Shown here piece after piece: positions 1-8,900 of a stretch of DNA of 20,000 nt. Below the pieces are notes generated by a model that saw only the letters and a program-made list of their open reading frames with translations, was not told where the DNA came from and did not search any database. The stretch comes from Rhizaria sp. SCN 62-66. Lineage: Eukaryota. The stretch spans positions 52,539 through 72,538 of the forward strand of contig MEDY01000188.1 of NCBI GenBank assembly GCA_001724265.1. The letters are read 5' to 3'. How positions within the stretch are numbered: the first letter of the stretch is position 1; every line of letters starts with the position of its first letter. A program made the position numbers and the translations under genes.

Positions 1-1805
1 TCAGGGGCGGCCGGGCTGAGCGCGGTCGTGCCCTCAAGCAGCGCGCGCAGCCGCGTGAGCTCCTGCAGCGCGGTGTTGTCGTCCTGCTGTGTGAATTCGG
101 CATAGCGCAGCAGCTCGATCGCCTGCAGGCCGCGGCACGAGATGAATGTCCACACGAAGCGGTTGCGCGGCTCTTCGTCGAAACCATTCTCGTCGTCAGG
201 CGCAGCACTGGCAGCAACGGCAGCAGCGGCAGCGGCAGCCTTGGGATCTGGCATAGTGTCATCGGCCGACATCAGCAGGCGTAGCACGCGCATCAGACGC
301 ACGATCGCATCATCACCTGGAGCAGTCGCACTCTGACTCTGGCGCTAATTCTGCGTCTGCACCGGGACGACATCAATGCTGTTAGATTGCCCGCTCCAGA
401 GCGACGCAGCGTGCAACAAATACGTTAAACACTGCACAACGCCACTGTGAAGCAGATGTCGTGCCACATTACGTAATGCACGATTATTACCAGCATCACC
501 AGCATCACCGTCGTCGGCAGCAGCAAACTCAGGAAGCATGGACTCAAAAAGACGCGCCGCATTCTGCAAGAGAGCAGAACGCTCGGCAAGGTGCAGTCTG
601 CTGTAGGAATTTTCAATGCCGATGGAAATCAACGCGAGATTGTCCGACAATGAAAGTTGCTGCTGCGCAAAGGCGGGGAAGCGCCGCGCCAGCCGTGTGA
701 ACACATCAACGAGCGGCACAACGAGTGTCCGGGGCAGTTCCTGGATGTCTGCGTCAAGGATTGCGCGCACCAGCGACAGGCGCAGGGGCGTGAAAATGCG
801 CTCGACGGTAGCGTCGTCGCAGTCCTCATCAAGAGCGGCGACGCACCGCTGGAGGAGGCTGAGGGGAGGGAACGGTTTCTGCTCGTCCCAACGGTCCGTG
901 TACGTGGGGATGTCTCGCAACACAGTGTCGAATTCTTCGCTAAGCGTGAACTGCACAATGGCGTCAACATGCGCCGCGTCACCACCGTCGTGAGAGCTGC
1001 AGGAGCGGAACAGGGCTTGGAGCGCAGCGCACAACGATTCGCGGATTCGGTGATGAGACTCGTCTTCAACACAGGCACGAGAGAGCTCAGCATGCAGCAG
1101 CGGCACGTAAGACGCAATTGCAGCATATGGTGGGGGCAGGCCGTGGAAGCACAGAGCCGCGACAGCGTTGAAAAATGTATCGCGAAGCATCATGGACAAG
1201 AGCTCGTTATCAAATGCTGCGACAGACTGCTCCATGCGCATACAGGCGAGCACGTCGGACAACGCAGAGTGCCGGACAGCATCGGTAATAAGCGGAGATA
1301 CAGATGCAGCGGTCACGAGCAGAAGGGTCCCTATCATCGCATGCTGAAATGTGGAAGCATCGGTGTCGCTGCTATCGGCGTTATGGCGCGCCGCTTCTTT
1401 CTTGATGTTGATCATCATGCCACAGCGGATAACCAGCGCACCAGCGCGCGTGACGGCGTCATTCAGAGCCGCCACAGTAAATGCGTTTGCTTTGATGGCA
1501 GAATCACCATGAGTGACAAACTTTGGTAACTCCTTGTCAGCAATTGTCCTAAGAAAAAAGGTTACGAAGCTGAGGTTGCGTGCTGACTCATAATCGTCAT
1601 TGTAAATGCCAAGGAGCTGAACAAGCAGGCAAACAATCTCGCTGTCCAACAAGATGTTGAAAGTCATGGGCTCTGCCTCGGTGCAGCAGTTATTAATGGC
1701 GGCCTCAAGCTCGGAGAAGTGAGAACTGAGATTTGACGGCGCGAGGCTGCAGACCTTGCCTAACGCAGTGTGGAGAAAAGTGAGGAGATCAGAATTTGAT
1801 TCCAT
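1..1805 (-). pseudogene. ARM/HEAT-repeat (importin-alpha-like, divergent) gene A; in-frame TAG at 347..345; runs off the left edge
   Basis: ATG at 1805 (MESNSDLLTFLHTALGKVCSLAPS...) opens a Leu-rich helical ORF to TAG at 347..345. The same frame stays open for 114 more codons to the window edge (RQSQSATAPGDDAIVRLMRVLRLL...PRNRFVWTFISCRGLQAIELLRY...). That tail resembles the last ARM/C-terminal region of importin-alpha and of neighbouring gene B. Family call is by motif resemblance only. Confidence 0.55.
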
Positions 1806-2891
1806 ATCGCACAAGAACGACCGTAGCAGATGATATGTCTTAGGTTGTAGACTAGAATTAGTTCCCGGAAACAACGGTGTGAGACCTTATCACGATAATA
1901 CAGCACTAATACACCGTTAAAGGGAATGCATTAAAGGAGGTGAGCTGGGGATGAGCCTGAGTTTTTACAAATTTCATAGCAACATCCGAAGATTTAGCGG
2001 ATTTCATAAACAGAATACAGTCTTACCGATGCATTTACACCAAAATCATATTATTACAGTCCGTTTTAGATTGACAGTACATCGTGGTATCGATCCAAAC
2101 TACTAAGAAAGACAATCTCTCGAACTGTGGAGTGGAGGCTGTGTACATGTTGAGCATTACTGGTGAAACAGCGTCCTCTGGGGAATATATATTCATGAAT
2201 CAAATAATGAACGCGCCTAGTTTATGTCCAGATCCGTATGATTCAGGTTTCTTCGAGCTTATGATGCCATACATTTCTGAGTGCTGCAGCTAGCATTAAG
2301 GCGCGTATGGTGTGAGAGTCTAGTTTGGATACGATCGAAAATTGTTGTATTCAGTCAATACTAGAATACATTATTCGCGTGTCACCTTTTATACGATTAA
2401 ATAACTACATACAGTTCCATTATATGCCATTTTATGATGATTGTTTTACTTCTTGCTCGACTTCTCCTTCTTCTCGGAGGTCTCACCAGTCACAGCATGG
2501 CGACTACTCATGCGCCGGGTTCGGCAGTCTTCGCCTTGCTCCGGCTATTGCTCTTGGACTGAACAATATCAGCAGCAGCAGTATCAGTATCAGCGACAGC
2601 AGAGGTAGTGACATGACTGTCACAGAAGCCTTCGTCTTAGCGGCGGCGGTGGAAGCACGGCGACCGCGGGCGGGCGCGGCAGCGGCCACGGGGGCGGGCG
2701 CGAGCGCCTCCGCAGCCGCCGCAGTGGCCGTGGCAGCCTCAGCGCCCGCTCACTGCATCAGCGCTAGCAGCAGCGTCCTGACGCCGCCGGCGCTCGCGGT
2801 CGCGGCGCCAGTCGCGGCGCCAGCAGCGGCCGCGGCGGTGGTGGCGGTTGAGCGGCGGCACGCGCGGTTCAGCCGCGCCAGCGCCGCGCCC
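1715..2891. repeat. Tandem duplication unit 1 (short, degenerate copy of 2892-6572)
   Basis: 1715-2157 aligns to 2892-3323; 2151-2179 to 5784-5812; ~2305-2509 to ~5815-6020; 2521-2891 to 6231-6572. Direct orientation. Confidence 0.93.
2445..2891 (-). pseudogene. Orphan duplicated 3' fragment of URB1 (C-terminal tail and stop codon)
   Basis: 2650-2891 matches 6331-6572 with 5 mismatches in 242 nt. Further 3' the copy carries frame-breaking indels: +17 nt near 2601-2620, and 210 nt (6021-6230) replaced by 11 nt. Confidence 0.9.
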
Positions 2892-2982
2892 AGAAGTGAG
2901 AACTGAGACTTGACGGCGCGAGGCTGCAGACCTTGCCTAACGCAGTGTGGAGAAAACTGAGGAGATCAGAATTTGATTCCAT
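2892..2982 (-). pseudogene. Duplicated 5' fragment (first 30 codons) of ARM gene A, fused out of frame to the URB1 tail
   Basis: 2892-2982 matches 1715-1805 with 2 mismatches in 91 nt. It reads MESNSDLLSFLHTALGKVCSLAPSSLSSHF, then WARRWRG* across the junction (TGA at 2871..2869). Confidence 0.9.
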
Positions 2983-3238
2983 ATCGCGCAAGAATGACCG
3001 TGGCAGATGATATGTCTCAAGTTGTCGACTAGAATGAATGACATTGTTAGACTTTATCACGATAATACAGCACCGATAAAGGGAATGCATCAAACGAGGT
3101 GAGTTGGAGATAAGCCAGAGTTATTACACATTTCACGACAACATCCAAAGATTTAAAAAATTTCACAAACAGAATAAGATGTCATCTCTGCGTTTACATC
3201 AAAGACAACATGCTAATATAGTCCGTTTCACATTGACA

Positions 3239-3420
3239 GTACATGTACATCGTGGCATCGATCCAAACGACTAAGAAAGACAATATCCAACTCTGGAATA
3301 GAGGCTGTGTACAGGTTGACCATATGGTAAATGTGTACAAACGTACTGTACGTACTAGATACAGTACCATGGTTCGTGATCTCCACGTAAGGCGTACTTT
3401 AAAAGATATAAGCAATGTAC
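3239..3420. other. Cluster of 10 GTAC tetramers in an AT-rich spacer
   Basis: GTAC at 3239, 3245, 3309, 3335, 3343, 3348, 3352, 3364, 3394 and 3417. Confidence 0.75.
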
Positions 3421-3524
3421 ATATACTGTATTTCTCAGCTAGGTCGGACTTGCATCAAGTCTTAAAATACTGCAGTTCTACTATTAATATAAGCTTATCA
3501 TTAAGTCACGATCACAAAAAAATA

Positions 3525-3550
3525 TGGGATAATTTGGTGGGATAATTTGG
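3525..3550. repeat. Perfect 13-bp tandem duplication (TGGGATAATTTGG x2)
   Basis: 3525-3537 equals 3538-3550. Confidence 0.9.
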
Positions 3551-4838
3551 TGTAATTCTACAGTTATAAGTTGGAAGACTGATTACTTGTACGGTCGAAG
3601 CATTGTCCGTCTTGTTGCCACTCGGCGGCACATTCCCAGCATCTTCTGTGACAGCAGACTCGGCAGCAGTGCTATTGTTGCCACTGTCCTCGTTCGTTTC
3701 CCCTGTCGCCGTCGTCTCGGGCTGCTCAGTTTAAGTTTGTGAGTTGGCATCATCATGATCAGGATAATCATCATAACCGTCCTGAGGGTCAATCTCGCCA
3801 TGATCTTCGTCCTCGCTCTCACCCTCACCACCCTCGCCCTCACCGTCCCGATCTTCGTCCCCGTCTACGTCCTCTTCCTCAGCGGCATCATTGTCGCCAT
3901 GATTGTTACCGCCACCCCTCGCCTGGGCGTTGGCTTCGGCGATGCGATTCCGCCTCATAAGCACGTCCTGTGGCACCCCAAAGTCGCCGATGATGTCTAT
4001 CAGAAGATGCACCAGCTGCATTGTCTCCTCCCGTGCCTCCGTGATCACACACGCATTGTGGTCCTCAAGCAGCTTCAGCAGCTCCATGTGGCCGTCGAAC
4101 GCGCAAAACGCCGCCAGGGCCTCGTTGCGAGGCCGCGCGCGCTCGGTCAGCACCGCAGGGTCCGGGCTCGTGTCGCCGAGGCAGATGATCTCGGTCACGG
4201 CCTGCATAAACCGGCCAAGCTGCCCCTTCAGCGGCGGCACCCGCAGCGTGCCCGCGGCCCCGATCGCATAGGCGCAGTAATAAAGCGCGCGCGCGCCGAT
4301 CAGCAGCTGCGCCACGGCCCCGCGGCCGCCGTCAACGCTGCCGGTCGCGACGTCGTCCATCGCGTTGTCCAGAACCCAGGAGATCTCGTTGCTGACCGAC
4401 CACTCGGCGGCATAGTTGTCCTCGTCGCGCGGCGGTACGGGCGCTCGCGTAATCAGCGCGGACAGCACGTTGCCCATCAGCACACGCGCCGCCGTCTCCG
4501 GGCAGTCAGCGAGCAGGTTCGAGACGAGCAACGCAAGCTCGCGGAACGTCTCCGTTTCATTTTGGTCCAGCTCCTCGGCCAGCCGGCGCAGGTGGGCCAC
4601 CACGGCCGGCGTGAAGAAGATCCGTTCGCGGCCGCCGTCAAGCGTGGACAAGTTGCCCAACAGGCGCAGCACTGGCGTGCGGGTCGACTTGGGCCCGTGC
4701 AGCTGCCGCGCAACGCGGGACAGAATGCAATCGAAATCTACGTCACCGTCACCAGGAGGCGCGACGCTATCGTCAAGGATACTGTTCTTGTCCTTGGGGA
4801 CGATGAGGAGGTCTTCAAACCGAACGCCCTCGGACTCT

Positions 4839-4868
4839 TCGCGAAACATGTTCTCGCGAAACATGTTC
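4839..4868. repeat. Perfect 15-bp in-frame tandem duplication (NMFRE x2) within gene B
   Basis: TCGCGAAACATGTTC at 4839-4853 and 4854-4868. Confidence 0.9.
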
Positions 4869-5962
4869 GTCAGACTCCACGCACGTCGACGAGCGCGTTG
4901 TGCAGGCTGTCGTGCTCAGAGTCGTGCTCGGAGAAGCGCCGCAGGCAGCGCGCAAGCAGCGGCACGACTGGCGCTAGTTGTGAGTACGGCAGCCCGACCT
5001 GCGTGAAGCTGCACACCGTCCACAAGAGCGTGTTCTGCACCGCGTCCCCCGTGGAGCCGAAGCCGTGTGCGTCGGCGTCAGCGTCGGCGTCGACCTCGGC
5101 GAGGAAGCGGATGACGTGGGCGAATACCCCGCGCTCGATGAGCGAGTCGGTGATGTCGCGGTTCATCTTGGCAATGCAGCCCAGCGCCCAGAGCGCGTAC
5201 TCGACAATGTCGTCGGGCTGGCCGAGGTAGAGCACGCAGCGGAGCTTCTCGGCGACGCCGCGTTCAAGCATCGCGGTGCAGCCCGATGTAGATACGGCGA
5301 GGTCGATAAACACCGAGAGCGTTTTAATCGACCGTTCGGATTCGTCCGCGTCCCCGCAGTAGTCGAGTGAGCGCAGAAGCCAGTCGAGCACGCTGTGCTC
5401 GAGGCAGGCCTCGGTTAAAGCCACCAGGTCTGAGTCCGACTTGGTGGCCGAGGTGATGCAGCGTAGAGCCTCGATGCCGGCGGACGAGGGCGCCAGTGAT
5501 GTCAGAGACGCGAGCGCATTCTGGAACTAGCCGTTGGTAAACGGGGTTGTCATGGCGCGCGCTGCCGCGCGAAATCAAAACTAACACAACTAACTGGTTG
5601 CTGTTCCCCCACTACAGACCACTAGCGTAAGGCAGCTAAAACAAACATTGGAATCGTACGCAAGTGATAAATTACGTTAGAAGGTGTTGTATTTTCTAGT
5701 ATAATCGGTTTATCAACGAAATTTGTCCATTCACAATGGACTCATTCAACCTTCCCCAGTATCCTGGTTAACGAGTGGTGACGTGAGCACGACTGGAGAG
5801 ACAGCGTCCTCTCTCGTTGGTGTGACGTGACTGAGTCTAGTTTGGGTACGATCGAAGATGGTTGTATTCAGTCAATACTAGAATAAATTATTCGTGTGTC
5901 ACCTTTTATACGATTAAACAACTACATACAGTCCCATGATATGTCATTTTATGATGATTGTT

Positions 5963-8900
5963 TTACTTCTTGCTCCTCTTCTTCTCGGAGGTCTCAACAG
6001 TCACAGCATGGCGACTACTCGGGCGCGTCACGCGTTGCGGCGCCTCCACAGCAGCCTCCTTGCCATCACTGTCGTCGCCGCTATCGTCGTCGCTCTCGTC
6101 GAGCTTGGCCGCAGTCGTCTTGCGGGCCCTCTTGACGCGCGCGCCCACGACCGTCTCCTCCTCAGCCTCCTTCTTCTCGACCCCGGCATCGGGGTCCGAG
6201 TCGGGCTCACGCGCGGCGGCCGCGGCGAGCTCGGCAGTCTTTGCCTTGCTCCGGCTTTTGCTCTTAGGCTCAACAGCATCAACAGCAGCAGCAGTATCAG
6301 CGACAGCAGTCACAGAAGCCTTCGTCTTAGTGGAAGCACGGCGACCGCGGGCGGGCGCGGCAGCGGCCACGGGGACGGGCGCGAGCGCCTCCCCAGCCGC
6401 CGCAGTGGCCGTGGCAGCCTCAGCGCCCGCTCGCTGCATCAGCGCCAGCAGCAGCGTCCTGACGCCGCCGGCACTCGCGGTCGCGGCGCCAGTCGCGGCG
6501 CCAGCAGCGGCCGCGGCGGTGGTGGCGGTTGAGCGGCGGCACGCGCGGTTCAGCCGCGCCAGCGCCGCGCCCCTGGTGGCGCAGGCGAGCAGAAGCGCGT
6601 GCGCGTAGTGGCTGAGGCTCGCGACCGCAGCGCTGGCGTCGGCGACGAAGCGCGCCACCGCGGTCGCCGCCACACGTGCCTCGCTCTCACCGTCACCAGT
6701 ACGGGTGCGAGCAACACTGGAGGCGGACTCGGTGACGGCGGCGCAGAGGTTGAGTCCGACGGCCAGCGCAGCCGCAAGCGAGCGCGCAGACGCGGCCGCG
6801 CTCGCCGCAGCCGCCACGGGCGCAGTTGCGAGGACATGGGCTGGGGTGGGAGCGGGGCGCCAGAGAGCGCAGTGCGAGACGAAGGCGGCCGTGAGCGCGG
6901 TAAGCACGCGCACGGGCAGCGGGGCTGCGGCGGGCACGGCGGGCACCACTGCCGCAGCAGCAGCCGCAACAGAGTCCCTTGCGGCGACGGAGGCGGCAGC
7001 GGCGGCGGCGGTGGCGGCGGCTGCGGTGAAGCAGAAGCCGCGCGCGTGTCCGTAGGGTGCGAACTGCCCCAGGGCACTGGCGCCAGTGCCAGCGGCGCCC
7101 CGGCGGCCGTCGAGGCCCGCGGTGAGATAGGCGGCGAGCGCAGAGGCCCACGGCAGCGAGACGAGCGGCGCGCGCGTGGCGTCCGCGACCTCGCGGGCCT
7201 GGCGCAGCTTGCGCGGCGTACTGCTGGCGTCGCTGGCCTTGTCGGTGGCGGCGAGCGCGGTGGCGAGCGCGGCTGCGTTGGCTGCGAAGGTCGCCACAGT
7301 CGCGTGTAGCGACAGCGGCAGGGCGGGGGGCACGCGCGCGGTCACGGCCTCCGCGGACAGAGACAGCGCTGTCGCGGCCGAGATCTGCAGAGACGTTACC
7401 GTCACCGGGCCGCCCGCAGCGGGCGCGGCGGCCGCGGCGCGGGCGGTGGCGCGGCGGCGCTTGCGGTTCTCGGACTCGGACTCGGACTCGGAGTCGGACT
7501 CGGAGTCAGATGCGTCGTCATCATCGGCGTCAGAGCTATCCGAGTTGGAGTCCGAATCGGAGTCCAACTGCTCGCCGGCGAGCCTGCGAGCAGTCAGATA
7601 AGCGTTGTGCGAGAGCATGGCTGCCGCGATCTGCGCGAGCACAGTCGACGCGATGGCTGCGGCCTCGGTCGCCGTGTGGGACAGGCCGCGGACGCCGCTG
7701 CCCACGGTCTCGTCGGCACTCGCCACCACACTGTCAGTGCCGGCGACTGTCGCAGGGGTGGAGGCGGGGGCGGAGACACCCAGCAGCGCAAGCAGCGAGC
7801 CCGGGGCGCCGGCGGCGGCAGCGGCCACACTGCTGCTGCCGCTGCCGCTGCCGGCGAGAGCAACGGCGTTGGCGCTGCCATCGGGGCCCGCGGCACTGGC
7901 ACCGAGCGCGGCCTCGGTGCCGCCGCCGCCGCTGTTGAGCACCGGGTGCGAGCCGTCGGCTAGGCCGCGCAGCCATGCCACGACGCCGTGCTGCTGCACG
8001 AGCGTGTACGCGGCGCCCGGCGAGACCGCGACGGCCCGGAGCAGGAAGCGCAGCAGCAGCACCAGCGTCGCGCGGTCGCATGCGGGCGAGTCGGCAAAAG
8101 ACAGCAGCGCGGGCCACATGCGGCGCCGCGCCAGCACGACCGCGTCCTCGTGGCAGATCATCGCGTCGTGCAAGTACTTAAACAGGAACGCGTGGTGATG
8201 GCGGTAGTTGAGCGAGTTCGTGTGCATCAGCGCGCCAAAGAGCTGCACCTTGCGCGTGTCCAGCGCGGGCTTGCCTAGCAGGAAGCGGTTGAAGGCGCCG
8301 CACAGCGGGCTGTGGTGCGCCAGGATCACAGAGGCGGACTTAGCGAGGAAAACAGTGGCGAGGTTCGGCAGCCGCTGGTTGGGCGACGTGACCGTGTTGC
8401 GCAGCACCATGAGGAGCGTGAGCAGCTGGGCCTGGTCCGCGAACGAGTCAGTGGGGAGGTAGCCCTGCTCGTCGTAAGGGCCTGTGCCCCAGCCGGTGAC
8501 CTCGGCCTCGCCGGCGTCGTCGCCGGCCCTCTTGCCGCCGTCGTCGTCATCACCATCGCCACCGCGGCCGCGGCGATGGCGGCGGCGGTCCCAGCCGTCG
8601 TTGTTGTTGTCGTCGCCGTTGCCGTCGTAGTCGCTGTCGAACTCGTCCGCCTTGCGCGTGCCGTCCTCCCCGTACGCCATGTACTCGTCGATGTTGACGT
8701 TGAGCTCGCGCAGCTTCTTGCGCAGCGCGCGCTCACGGTCCTGCTTCTCCCACTGGCTCAGCCGCTCGCGCTTCTCGCGGCTCGCCTGCCGCCGCCGCGC
8801 CGTGCGCGCGACAAGCCGCTGCAGCAGGCCCATGACGCGCGCCAGACAAGCGTAGGCCAGTGCGCGCAGCCGCGGGGCCGTGAGCGAGCAGCAGCGGATG

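Larger units (their letters stand above)
3512..5553 (-). pseudogene. Importin-alpha-like ARM-repeat gene B with acidic tail; disrupted by TAG (5529..5527), a 1-nt frameshift (~4880) and TAA (3733..3731)
   Basis: ATG at 5553 (MTTPFTNG*FQNALASLTSLAPSS...). Importin-alpha-type helix-3 motifs: IVEYALWALGCIA, VQNTLLWTVCSF, LVDVxWSLTN, PVLRLLGNLST, FRELALLVSNLLA, EISWVLDNA. ORF-track pieces 4870..5424 and 3731..4864 join with a single base change of frame. Asp/Glu-rich coding-like sequence continues past the TAA at 3731; the next in-frame stop is TGA at 3514..3512, so the 3' end is uncertain. Confidence 0.75.
2892..6572. repeat. Tandem duplication unit 2 (full-length copy, contains ARM gene B and the functional URB1 3' end)
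   Basis: Begins with the gene A 5' fragment and its upstream region, and ends at URB1 position 6572, the point where unit 1 ends. Confidence 0.85.

Noticed and set aside
345..362. 18-nt GT..AG mini-intron (GTGCAGACGCAGAATTAG) that would remove the gene A TAG in frame
   Set aside because: Poor donor, no pyrimidine tract, and unlike the two clear introns in the window; only RNA-seq could revive it.
657..1529. 290-aa plus-strand ORF
   Set aside because: Antisense shadow of gene A, with no independent coding signal.
3755..5230. 491-aa plus-strand ORF with a hydrophobic, membrane-like N-terminus
   Set aside because: Antisense to gene B; the hydrophobic run is the reverse complement of its Asp/Glu (GAN) codons. 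It does cross the gene B frameshift without a stop, but shows no family motifs.
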